Source of the DNA: Octopus sinensis
Lineage: Eukaryota
DNA: 64,000 nt
Reading direction: 5' to 3'
Assembly (NCBI RefSeq): GCF_006345805.1
Contig: NC_043009.1
Span: 21,018,001 to 21,082,000 of the forward strand
Below the pieces are notes generated by a model. The model worked only from the letters and a program-made list of their open reading frames with translations. It ran no database searches and had not been told where the DNA came from. Positions 13,698 to 25,860 of the stretch are shown one piece after another. The first letter of the stretch is position 1. Every line of letters starts with the position of its first letter. Made by a program: the position numbers and the translations under genes.

Positions 13698-13783
13698 TTG
13701 TGTGATATTTGATTGATAATTTTGTGTCTTCTCTGTGTCCTCTTCTAACTCTTCTTTACTGCTAGGGGCGGCATTACTTTCAG
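13698..13783 (-). CDS. Internal exon (phase 1-0) of the unidentified minus-strand gene
   Basis: Acceptor ttcttttaatttatag|CT, donor CAA|gtaaga, frame (S)ESNAAPSSKEELEEDTEKTQNYQSNITQ; phases match both neighbouring exons. Confidence 0.75.
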
Positions 13784-14379
13784 CTATAAATTAAAAGAAA
13801 GGTAACAGTAGAACATTGCCAATGGACTCATTTCTTATATTCTAATTGTCAATCAAATATTGTATCATAAATTTGCATCATGACTATATTCTGATCTTTA
13901 AAATATAATTATTACAGGAACTTATCTAAATAACTAACCTAGATCTAAATGAAGACATATTCATATGTGTGTGTATGTAATGTATTTAGGAGCTGTAGAA
14001 ACACTGCCAGATCAGACTGGAGCCTGGTGCAGCCTCCTGGCTTCCCAGAACCTGGTCAAACCATCCAACCCATGCTAGCATGAAAAACGGATGTTGAACG
14101 ATGATGATGATATATATATATATATATATATAACCCAAATCACTTCCAGAACTGGAGAAAAAACTTCCGAGATGGAAGCAAAGTCTAATATCAAAAGGCC
14201 TTAGAGTTAATCTGGCAAAAAACCAAAGTCTTAGTAAGTAGGAGAGCAGACAAATCACAAATCCTTTCAGGTAGATGGCCCAACTCAATCTGTAGTAAAG
14301 GTGTAAGTAGAAACTCCATAAAATACACCTGGTGTTAGCTATGAACACATAAGAGGTGCAGCAATATCAGAAGGTTAAC

Positions 14380-15440
14380 AGGGAAAATAGTTTTTGTGTG
14401 CGGAAGGTGCAAAGGTACAATTAATAGGAAAAATGTACAGAAAATAGACTCTATCAAATGCCAGGGGAAAAAACTAAAAGTACTTGATTGCTTCCGTTAC
14501 CTAGGTGACCAAGTCAGTAGCAGTGGTGGATGCTCTGAGAGTGTAGCTGCTAGAATAAGAATTGGCTGGGCAAAGTTCAGAGAGCTCCTAGCTCTGCTGG
14601 TAACAAAGGGCTTCTCCCTCAGAGTGAAAGACAGATTGTTTGATGCCTGTGTGCTAACAATTATGCTACACAGCAGTAAAACATGGGCTGTAACCACTGA
14701 GGACATGCGTAGGCTTGTAAGAAATGAAGCTAGTATGCTTTGCTGGATGTGTACGCATCTTGAGAGGAAAGTTGGGAATAAGAGGCATCAGATGTAGTGT
14801 GCAAGAGAGACGAATGCACTGGTATGGTCATGTGATGTGTATGAACAAGGACAGCTGTGTAAAGTGCCATACTCTACATGTAGAGGGAACCTGTGGTAGA
14901 GGTAGACCCAGGAAGACATGGGGTGAGGTAGTGAAGCATGATCTTCGAATGTTGGGCCTCCTGGAGGCAATGAGAAGTGACCTAGGCCTTTGGTGATACG
15001 CTGTGCTTGAGAAGACCTGTCAAGCCAAGTGAAATCACAGTGATGGCTGACGCCAGCATCCCATCTGACTGGCACGCAAAAAGCACTCTTTGCATGTTGG
15101 GTGATATGCTATACTTGAGAAGACCTGGTGGCGCATAAAAAGCACCATTCAAACGTTGGGCCTCAGATGACTGAGACCTTTGGTGATTGAGAAGACCTGT
15201 CAAGTCAAGTGAGATCATAGTCATGGCCTATGCTGGTGTCACATAACTGGCACGTGTGCTGATGTCACATAAAAAGCATCCACTACACACTTGTAGTGGT
15301 TGGTGTTAGGAAGGGCATCCAACCATAGAAACTGTGCCAAATAAGATTGGAACCTGTTGCAGTTTTCTCAGCTTACCAGTTCTCAGTCAAACTGTTTAAC
15401 CCATGCCAGCATGGAAAACAGATGTTAAATGATGATGATG
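14380..15440 (+). mobile_element. 5'-truncated RTE LINE with duplicated 3'-UTR modules
   Basis: FRYLGDQVSS.GGCSESVAARIRIGWAKFRELL and GRGRPRKTW peptides; (GAT)n tail. Confidence 0.9.
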
Positions 15441-16587
15441 ATTTATATATCATCATCATTGCCATAACTATCCTTTAATGGCTGTTTTCCATGCAGGTAT
15501 GAGTTGGACAGCTTGACCAGAGTGGGCAAGCTGGGAAGCAGCACCAGGTTCCAATCTGACTTGGCATGGCTTCTATGGCTGGATGCCTTTCCTAACACCA
15601 ACCACTTTACAGTGTGCTGGCTGCTTTGACATGACCTTGGCATGAGTGCATTTGATGTGGCACCAGCACTGGACTCTTACAGGCCAATCCTCTTCATCAG
15701 CAGGGGTGGTGGCCATGGGGACAGGTTTTCTTGAGATCCTGCTGAGGAGGGCAGATGAAACAGTACTAGTACAGCCATATGGTTAAAAAACTGCCCTCAG
15801 AACCAAATGGTTTTGAGTTTGTTCCTGCTATGTGGACGCTGTAAGATGGTTGCTTTCTACGATAGCCACAGGTTGACCAATGCCTTTTGAGTGAAGTTTG
15901 GTAGAAGGAAACGAGAAAGGAAAATGCATGTATCATCAGTATTTTGAATGTCTACTTTTCCATGCTTGGATGGGTCAGAGTTTTCTATGACTTGATGACC
16001 TTCCAGTTGCTAAATCTAGCAAGGTAATAATTCCCCATTCTGTTGAGCAACAAACAGCCTGGAGACCTGGAAACACATGCATGCACACACACACACAGAT
16101 ATTAGTCACAAAAACAGGAGCCTAAGTGGTAACAGTATGAAGACATCTAAATATTTCAGACAATAACTGTATGAGAAAGAAGAATCACCTCAACTATATA
16201 TGACAAGACTCTTTTACTAGTTTCAGTCAGTGGACTTTCAGCAAGTTCATAATTTAATTGTTATTTTTGTTTTTAATGATTTTTGTGTCAATGAAGGAGC
16301 AGTGTACTTCTCCTGCATAGCCCCTCCCCATCAGATTGGTGATACTGATATAGTTGATGCTCAGTTTAAATGTGTCACTCAGCATGCCAAGGAATTCCAG
16401 AGGCTTGTTATTCTGGGAAGGAAGAACTGGAGGAAAAGTTATCAGTGCAGGGTCTGATGGTGATGGTGGCGAGGTTAAAACTTCTTATCTACTCAAATTC
16501 GAAGTAAATTGATAACATATTGCAAAATAGTTATTTAAAAATATTTAAAAATAAAAAAAAAAAAAGAAATATTTTTGTTTTACTTAC

Positions 16588-16786
16588 AGGTTTCAGACAA
16601 CTTTTTCAGAAAAACTTTATATCTGGGTAATTTTTTCTTTTTCGCAAAAGATAAAGGTTTAACTTCTCCACTTGAAGTAAGTATAACTGGTTTTGTATTT
16701 TTGTTTATAAAAGATGATAAAATGTGCTTTGACTTTGTACCAAACACCTTACATAGTTCACACTCATCTGAAGTTTTAATATTCAT
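16588..16786 (-). CDS. Probable first coding exon (MNIKTSDECELCK...KKLSET) of the unidentified gene
   Basis: Acceptor ttctttgtcag|ACAATG (exon starts 16789, A at -3), donor ACCT|gtaagt; only one open frame; phase-1 end joins exon 13698-13783. Confidence 0.7.
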
Positions 16787-17612
16787 TGTCTGACAAAGAA
16801 ATAATAGATTTTAAGTTTAATCGTTTTATTTATTTAGCAAATGGATATTTCAGTGTTTTGATATTTACTGATTTCAGTCAATGGCATACAGCCAAACTGG
16901 TGCTCTGCTTTCTAACAAATAATCTTTTATACAAACCCAAAACTTGTTGTTTAGTCTCAAGTTAGCTTCAACTGCGGAGCCATGGTCAAAAATATTCCAA
17001 TCTTTGAATATCCTGCTTGTTTTTAGTTGGATATACATTATCTAATATAAACTTTTTTTTTAAGATAGTAAGATGTGATCTGAGTAATTCTATTTCTGCT
17101 TCTAGCAATTTGGACTTATTTCATTGACTCTGGGAAGAAATAGTGTTCTGAATATGTTATAATGTTTGTAATGCATTTAGAGATGGCCATTTGCTAAGCC
17201 AATAATAGTCTTTGCAAGGTAGTGAATATTTGTAAAAATATATATTTTGTCTCGAAATTAAAAATGTAGGAAAAACACATTGTGCCCCCCTCCACCCACC
17301 CACACACTAGAGTTAAGGAATGGAGTAGATAAGATCCAGGCTACATATGCTTCATGCTGAGTGGAACCTTGGAAGTGGTAAATATCTAGGTGAGGTACAT
17401 GTTAACACATGGAAGATCTTTGGATCTTATATATCTCTTATTATAAAAGGCAGATTTTATCTGCCTCCCTTTGGGAGTTATACAAATCTACAATATAGGA
17501 TTTCTTCAATTATAATTTACCTAGCATTTTTAAGAGTACAATGCATCGCGTCATGCCAGGTCCAGTTTTTAAAATTTAAACTCCAATTAAGCAAAATTTA
17601 CAGAAAACTCAC

Positions 17613-17720
17613 ATTCTGGTGTGTGTGTCAAATGCTTTTCTTAGTCTGGTTTACACCACACGCAAACGCACACACACAGTGGGCAACGAATAAAATGAAA
17701 GTAAATAGCGACAGAGTGAT
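17613..17720 (-). promoter_or_regulatory. Candidate non-coding first exon / promoter region of the minus-strand gene
   Basis: Strong donor CAGAAT|gtgagt at 17612; CpG dinucleotides locally retained at 17.5-18.5 kb; upstream boundary is a guess. Confidence 0.35.
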
Positions 17721-18585
17721 TTGAGGAAGACTAAACTGAAAGTATTTAAACCACTACTCAAAAAATAAAAAAACACAGCAAACAAAAACAAATAAATACA
17801 TAGCCATTTAATCCTCACACAATTTCTTCAATTAGAATTTACCTAAGATTTTTCAGAGTACTTCAGTGGGTGATGCCATAAAAAATTTCTTTCAATTTTA
17901 CCACCAATTAAGACAAAATTCGAGAAAACTCAATATTTTAACATATCACTCCGAAAGCATTGATGTACATGTGTGCGTGCGTGAGTGTGTGTGTGTCATT
18001 CCTCACACACACGCATACACATACATATACAACTACATACAACTACATACAAACACGTGTGTGTTTGTTATTAGTAAAAAAGGCGCCAAAACTCAACTCA
18101 CTTATCATTCCAACACATTTGCAAAGACACACGGACGGACAGAAAAGGTAAATTGGTTTTTTTTTACTCTGTATATATTTTATTATATAATATTATATAT
18201 AGATATATGTATATATAATTGCAGTATGAAACAGTGTTTATGTATACAGACGACACTTATATATAGTTACCAAGCCGCCCGAATTTACCTATTCATATTT
18301 AAATGAGAATATCAGAGCAAATCTCTTTAGTACATTCATGAAAACACGTATTATACTTCGTAAACACTTCAACTACAGTTTTGTACAAAAATCGAAGTGT
18401 AATTTTAATTCCGCGAATTATGGAAGATTTTTTTCCGAAATTTGTTCCTATTGTGTTTTCAAAATTTGTAATTCTGACAAAAAATGGATACGAATTTCAT
18501 TATATCAAGCAGCGAGTCAGAATTCGAAGGATTTTCTACTGAAGACCTTCATAAATCTAACTCTATGACTGAAAAAAAAAAAGCA

Positions 18586-18981
18586 TCTTTATATAAGAGT
18601 GAAGTTGTGTGTCTGTCTCCTACGATTTAGATTCCTAACTACTCCCACATTTTGCGGTGCAGTTTAACCAAAAGCGGGTATCTTATAGTCGTGATTCATA
18701 TCGAGCCCTTCTGGGTATTAGCGTGCGTCTACGATGAGTCTACGATTTAAAAAAAATTTACCATCATATTTTTCCATTTTAATGCATTTTTTTCGCTTTT
18801 ATATAAGGGAAGTAACTCTCTAAAAATATCTACGATGTGTCAACGATTTAAAAAAAAATTTACCTTAATTTTTTTTCAATTTTTAATGCATTTTTTGGCT
18901 ATTTTTTGGCTATAACTCTCTAAAAATGCTTATATAGTTATTTCCCTTACAAACCCGAGCAACGCCGGGCGATACTGCTAG
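18586..18981 (+). mobile_element. Non-autonomous Helitron-like element
   Basis: A|TCTTTATATAAG 5' end, GC hairpin CCCGAGCAACGCCGGG, CTAG|T 3' end. Confidence 0.85.
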
Positions 18982-18989
18982 TATATATA

Positions 18990-21255
18990 TAAAATCAAAA
19001 TAAGCAACCTCTAGGCGACTCTGATAATGCTATGATCATCGTCAATCTGGCTCTTGCAGGCAACAACAAAAACCTGAACCATCTCCAATCTGCTTCTTTT
19101 GATTGGAAGAGAGCAGATTGGAACCTGTACCACACTGAATTACAGCACCCAAACTGGCATGACTTCTACAACTCTGGAGATGTGAATACTATACTCCAGA
19201 GTATCCTGGACTCAATATGGGCAGCATGTGCAGCATCAGTGCCACGTAAACAGAAAAAGAAGAACCGCCCCAAAAGTGCAATTTGGGAAACTTCAGCGGT
19301 CCGACTTGCCAGGAAGGAACGTCGGACTGCTGAACGGGAATACAGGTTGCATAAATCAGACACCAACAGGAAAAAGCGGAATAAATCTTCCAACCATCTC
19401 AAGCAAGTGACAAAAAAAGCAGTGCTTGAATTTGAACAGTGCATAGCAGCCAATCCTGACAGCAAGGTTTTCTGGAAATATGTGCATTCGAAGCAGAGAC
19501 CTCACTCCTCAGTGGGCCCTCTTCGCAACCCTCACACAAACCAGATCACTGACGATCCCAAGGAATGCGTAGAACTCATTGCCGAGTGCTATGCAAACAT
19601 ATTCACTGTTGAAAGTCAAAATATACCATCTTCACCATCTCTAACAGCAAATTCAATAACAACTATGGAATTTACACCTGCAATGCTGCAACGTCACCTT
19701 CAAAATAAGCACAACTATGCCTCCCCTGGTCTTGATGGAGTTACATACCTGCTTCTCAAACGTGGCAGGTACTTCCTTTTACACCAGCTTTCTATTTTTT
19801 CCAGTACTGTCTCAACAATGGTGCTGCTCCGGAGCAGTGGAAAACTGCCAGTGTCATTCCTCTGTTCAAAAAGGGCGACCGCACATCACCTGTCAACTAT
19901 CGCCCAGTCAGTCTCACTAGCTGTATTGCAAAACTGATGGAATCGTGTGTCAGAGAAACACTTTGGAACTTCTGGAGCTCTCACAGTCTCATCCGACCCT
20001 CACAATATGGATTTGTCCCTAACTCCAGCTGCAGTGATCAGCTTGTTGAGTTCCTTGAGGACATTACTCAGATCACTGACAGTGGCTCATGGGTGGATGT
20101 TGTCTACCTTGACTTTGCTAAGGCTTTCAACTCTGTGCCACACAAAAGGCTTATGGTGAAACTCTCTGCAATGGGTGTGAGGGATGATCTTTTTAACTGG
20201 TTGAAATCCTTCATTCTCAGCCGAAAGGAGGTAGTCACAGTTCTAGGACAGCATTCTACACCAAATGAGATGTCATCGGGTGTACCACAGGGATCTGTCC
20301 TTGGTCCCCTCTTGTTTGTGGCATACATCAATGACATAGATGCCAATTTAAAGAATGCCACAGTATTGAAATATGCAGACGACATCAAGCTGTACCTTGA
20401 AATCAAGAGGACAGATCCTGTTGTCTACAGCTCTTTCCTGCAATCAGACCTGGACACAATGCAGCAATGGATCACAGACTGGCAACTGAAACTGGCTGTG
20501 GACAAGTGTACCACCATGCATTTTGGGAGAAAAAACCCTGCGTCCACATACTCCCTCCACAACACTGATATCAAGAAATCCTTTTGCGAGCGTGACCTAG
20601 GCATCACTGTCAGCAGTGATTTGCGTTGGACAAAGCATATCTCTAAAATTGTCAAGAAGGCCGAGGGTGTCTTGGCATCACTCAGCAAGACTTTTGTTAG
20701 CTGCTCTCCAGCCATCTATTTAAAACTGTATACAGCTATGGTACGACCACACTTGGAATTCGCATCATCAGTTTGGAACCCCTATCTTGCTCAGAACATT
20801 GACCTCTTGGAATCTGTTCAGAGACGTGCAACCAAACGCATACCCTCTATCAGACACCTACCATACTCTGAGCACCTTATTTCCCTGGGCATGGATTCAC
20901 TGAAGCTCCGGTGTCTGGCGATGGACTTGGTAAACACCCACAAAGTTATCAACCACCTCACCAACAACAACACTGAACACCTTTTTGATCTTCATGTGTC
21001 TAACACACGTGGACATGCCTACAAAGTCAGAAAACAACACAGCTCCCATGACTTTCAGAAACATTTTTTCACGCTCAGGGTTGCTGAAGCATGGAACAAA
21101 CTGCCTGCGTCAGTTGTTGACTGCCATGACACTGGATCCTTTAAGGCCCTCATGCTTTCCGAAATCCGCCGAAACTACACCTGATTATATATACACTTTA
21201 GATGAGTTGTAGTGCACCTGAACACTGTACACAATGTTTTTATTATTATTATTAT
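18990..21255 (+). mobile_element. 5'-truncated CR1-clade LINE with near-intact reverse transcriptase
   Basis: ORFs 19032-19937 and 19937-21184 (one frameshift near 19800): QYGF, YLDFAKAF, GVPQGSVLGPLLF, YADD; (ATT)n tail. Confidence 0.92.
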
Positions 21256-21267
21256 ATCCAGAGGTAA

Positions 21268-21354
21268 TGCAGCACGATCGTTTCATGCAACTCCATTTAA
21301 TTGAACAATGCAATCATTACATCAATTTAAAATGTAGAGCAATCTTCAGCTGCA
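21268..21354 (-). ncRNA. Hammerhead-like motif with long stem II and non-cleavable G17
   Basis: TGCAG-CTGAAGA-(long hairpin)-GAA-ACGATCGT-G-CTGCA; 5-bp stem I, palindromic stem III. Confidence 0.6.
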
Positions 21355-21539
21355 CAAAGACATACAATTTAATTAAATTAGAACAGATGGGACACATTAG
21401 TAGAATTATACCTAAAATCTCCAAGAAGTTAAGGAGATAGACAAAGAACATGCTGTCTCACTCCGGCATAGAATTTACTTAGTTTTCAAGAAGATATACA
21501 TTGTTACAGACTCTGCCAGTCACTGATTTTTTTTAAAAA

Positions 21540-21905
21540 ATGGACTCAGTTTTAATTTATAGACTAGTTTATCAAATCCCTTGTATATCTAAGGCTGAGA
21601 GAACAGAGGACAGTATCTGTTAGGAGGAGGGCTGAGGGAGCAGACAGACATCATATTTGGTATAGTCATAAAAATCAAGATTTCTTAGAAGTAATATCAA
21701 GAAAGTGGAATTGAGTTTAGCCTCAAAGAGGAAATAATAAGAAAAGCTCAGCCTTATAGAAATAGCAGATATGAGTGTGAGCTTTGCTCTATGGAAACAT
21801 ATGAAATTTTTAAGCATAAAGATAATGGAAAGCTGGTTAATCGATTAGACCTTAAGGTATGTGTACATAGTGCCACCCGTACCTTCAAATATTTTAGAAA
21901 GTAGC
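21540..21905 (+). mobile_element. Degenerate Penelope-like GIY-YIG C-terminus
   Basis: LVYQIPC followed by EIIRKAQPYRNSRYECELCSMETYEIFKHKDNGKLVNR...CVH. Confidence 0.7.
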
Positions 21906-22747
21906 ACTTTATTGATCTTGGGTTTTAAAACCTATAATGTACCTCTTAGTTTAAAATCAGTGTATACCTATACACTGATTTTAAACTATACAGCATTAAT
22001 TTTCCTTTAGTTAATACTGGATATTGATGATTATAGACAAGCTAATTAAGTAAATAAACAATTTTTAGTTTTAAATGATTGAATTATTACATATTTTCTA
22101 TAAATCTTCTCTATTGAAGTTGCTAAGTTGTATATATACTTCATTATGATTCTAGTGACTAAGCTATTTCATATCCTTTTCTATGGTGTTTCTACCCTAC
22201 CCGATCATTTTAATACTTTATAATTGCCTTTAGACAAACCTAAATTTTTGTACCCCTATAAATCCATACTTAGCTTATAAAAAACAATATGGGTATCTTC
22301 ACCACTTAAAATTAAACTGCCTAAATTATAATTTAATTAATTTATAGTAAATGTGTTCTCTCACCTCAATGATAAATCTACCTGATAACCCTAAATTTTA
22401 ACTTTATACAATAAAGACATATTGTTTAAAATAGCTTTAGTAACTAAGTTTTTTATCCCTTTCTTAAAGTGTTCCGACCCCTTAATTTTGGTATTTATAT
22501 TGGCTTTATATGATTTGCGGCTGAATCTGTTTTTAAGGGTTGGCTTCAAAGGTTGCATTCCCTCGCGTTTGGTACACTGTGTATTTATTATGGTAGTTTT
22601 GACTTTAAGAGTCCCTAATAGTATGAGGCATTTATGTGTAGTAATGCCTTTAATATAAATAGATATATTTAAAGGGAATAATTATAAATTTAAATTTACA
22701 CACATATATACACACATATATACATACATATATACATAAACACATAA

Positions 22748-22789
<42 letters not shown>

Positions 22790-22834
22790 GTATATACATA
22801 TACACATACACACACACACATATATATATATATA

Positions 22835-23600
22835 TATGAATGATTTATAATAATATAAAATACAATTATAATTAAGGGCATAGAAAAATCTATGCCTATA
22901 TGCTGAAAAAGGATGCTAAATCCATCTGACCACTTGAAATCATCCCCTATTATACATATGTTGAAATCGACCGGGCAGGCTGGCAGAAATTCATAAAACA
23001 TACACAGTTTTGGACTGATCGATTTCTAGATTAATCTAATGACTCTTCCCCATCAGCAAAGCATACTTGGGGAAATAAATGAGACATTTATACTTACCAC
23101 AGGAAAGCAAACACAAGGCTGCAACTACACATAAATACCACAAATACATCTACATTGAATTTTGTAGCCTACCGCAGCACATGTGTATTTGGTCAGAGTA
23201 GTCCAGAAGTGACTAGACTGTCTCAAAAAAATGAATGGAAAATGATTCAATTATAATAAAGGATAAAATTGTTAAAATTTTATCAGTGACCAGCATACAA
23301 AATACTTTGCTTTGTCATTAGATTAATCTAGAAATCGATCAGTCCAAAGCTGTGCGTTTTATGAATTTCTGCCAGCCTACCCCCTCGATTTCAACATGTG
23401 TGTAATAGGGGATGATTTCAAGTGGTGAGATGATTTAGCATCCCTTTTCAGCATATAGGTGTAGAGTTTTCTATGCCCTTAATTATAATTGTATTTTATA
23501 CTATTATAAATCATTTATATATGAAATCACCTTAATAGGTCTATTTTATATGCTGGCCACTGATAAAATTTTAATGATTTTATCCTTTATTATAATTATA
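22835..23600. repeat. Nested inverted repeats (about 205-bp arms 22835-23043/23317-23525; about 40-bp arms 23263-23300/23550-23598)
   Basis: Direct reverse-complement match read by eye. Confidence 0.8.
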
Positions 23601-23619
23601 TATACACACATACACACAC

Positions 23620-24345
23620 ACAAGGGGGTACCCAAGTGAAACTGGAATTTTACAATATTATTTTATTCACCAAGTTTTACATGTTTACACTTTTATCGCT
23701 TTCAAAGTGTTCCCCATTTGAAGCAATGCATTGGTCCAGGTGCATTTTCCACTATTTGAAGCAGTGTTGGTACTCTTGTGAAGCGATGCCTTTTAATGCC
23801 TGTCATTTTTTTCTACACCTCTTCCACATCTGCAAATTCCAAAGCACCAGCTTTCGTCATCAGTGATGATCTTCGAGAAAAAGGTCCGGATCAACTTCCA
23901 ACCATTCTTTCAGATCACGACATGCATTCAGTCATGAATGCTTTTGATCTTCTGTGAGCAAGCAAGGCACAAATTTTGCTGCAACTCTTTGCATTCACAA
24001 TTCCTAGTTCAGAGTTCATTGCCAGGAGCTCCAGGACACACCTGTCCTATCGACAAGTTCATCAATTGTTCAGTGATGGTCTTCCAAGATCAGTTCATGA
24101 GTTTTCATAAGGTTTCCATTGGGAAGTCAATGATCATCCTGAATGAGATTGGTCTTCAAGCAACAAGTGACTGTTTCTAAAGCATGGAAACCACTCGTAA
24201 ACTTGTGTTTTGCTCATGGCAGCATCCTTGTAAGCTGTTTGAAGCACGACAACTGTTTTGGTTACCGTTTCCCCAGCAGTGGAAGCCTAAACTATAATGA
24301 GTTTATCTGACAGAGAATGTTTCTAGTTACTTTCGCGTACCCACC
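23620..24345 (-). mobile_element. Internally deleted mariner relic
   Basis: AMSKTQVYEWF, SKIITDDESWCF; degenerate ggggtaccc-type ends. Confidence 0.7.
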
Positions 24346-24849
24346 CCTCTTACATATAAACTGATGTTGAACTCCCATCCCAACTTTGTTGTCTCATAAT
24401 TTTCAGAAAAATGGCTAGATTTTAAAGAAATTTTCAACAAATACTGCTTAGATGCTGTAGAATCAGAGTATATAGGGATTTGTTGAAAATTTATGATTCT
24501 TGCTTTCCTTACCCCACATACCCAATTTAAGCCTTTTTTTTCTTTTGCACTATGCACTTCAAAACCATGGGAGAATCTTTTCCATTGAGAAATTGTAAAT
24601 ATTTTAAAATGAAAAGGTGTGTAACTGAAGGGAGATTTAGCTGGTGTTTCTAGTACTTCCCAAGACCACCTCCTTGTTTCTTTCCTCGCTCTCACATGCA
24701 TTGATACTTTTCAATATTTTTTTCCCCTCATAAATGCATTTTATGCTGAAGTAACACATGTGGTCCATTGCTAGGATATGAGAGCCGACGTCTGTAGGAG
24801 ACAGAGATGTTACTATGGTAGGCCCCTCAATCTCACAAATCTTCACAGT

Positions 24850-25860
24850 CTGTCTTGCTGCCTAAATGCTGGTCATTTCGCTTGTCACATTAAGCTAAAC
24901 CTAATCCTTAACCCTCAGTTCTGGAGCTGGTGGGATTATCCAGAAGTGAGAAAGAGACCGGATGGTCTTACTCTCTGTCCCTGGGTGCTTAACCAGGGAG
25001 TCCACAGTCAGTGACTCTTTTGCACAAACTGCCAGTTTGTTCACCTGAGATCCTGCCAAAACTGCAGGAGTTTTAAGGAGAAACACTTCCCTGAGGAAAG
25101 GTACCAATCATTTCCAAAGACAAAGTGTACAAATGCAGTGTGCTCTTCAGATGTTATGTGCAAGGCAGCAGCTGAGCAAGTGTGTTTTTTGTGCATGGTG
25201 CAAAAGATAGTGCAGCAGCTGACCTGGCTACATCAAGTGCAAACAAGGAACTTTGCTCAACACTGCACATGACCACTACAATCAACAGACACGGGATGGC
25301 CTCCCCTAATGCCTGCACAGTTGTCATGCTAATATTTTTTACTAAATATTGGAGGCATGTTGCATCACAACAATAAAAGCAAAATTTTTTTCCTGAGAGA
25401 CCTTGCTGCATGCAATCAAGCCCAATGCATAGCACTCATGGAAACTCATCTGAGCTCTGATATAGAAGATGCAGATGTACACGTACCAAAATATACCACA
25501 CTGCAAACAGACAGAAGGGAAAAGAGCCATAGTGGAGTTGCTGTATACATCCATGAGGACCTTACACTCCAGGTCCTACTGTCATACTCAAATTCAATAT
25601 GTGACACTCTAATACATAAGACAACACAATATAGTAAAGCTGTCTATGTATGGACCAGAAGTAACTAGAGACATATAACCTAAAAGAAGCACCCAAAATC
25701 TCTCCAATCTGAACTTGCACAAAGCAGACTGGAAATTGATCCAAAAAGAGATCCTCAGGCAGGACTGGCCGAAATGTTTCTCCACACAAGACATTGGCAT
25801 GAAACTAGAATATTTTATGTTTGTTATGCAAACCATATGCCAGAAAAATGTCGACAACAC
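24850..25860 (+). mobile_element. CR1-like LINE fragment (ORF1 remnant and AP endonuclease), no RT
   Basis: CIALMETHL...TTLQTDRREKSHSGVAVYIHEDL, NLHKADWK; homologous to 58980-60860. Confidence 0.75.

Noticed and set aside
16255-16488. Possible extra exon (LTSPPSPSDPALITF...) after exon 16588-16789
   Set aside because: The best acceptor gives an immediate stop (YKKF*); exon 13698-13783 continues the frame cleanly. It might still be an alternative terminal exon
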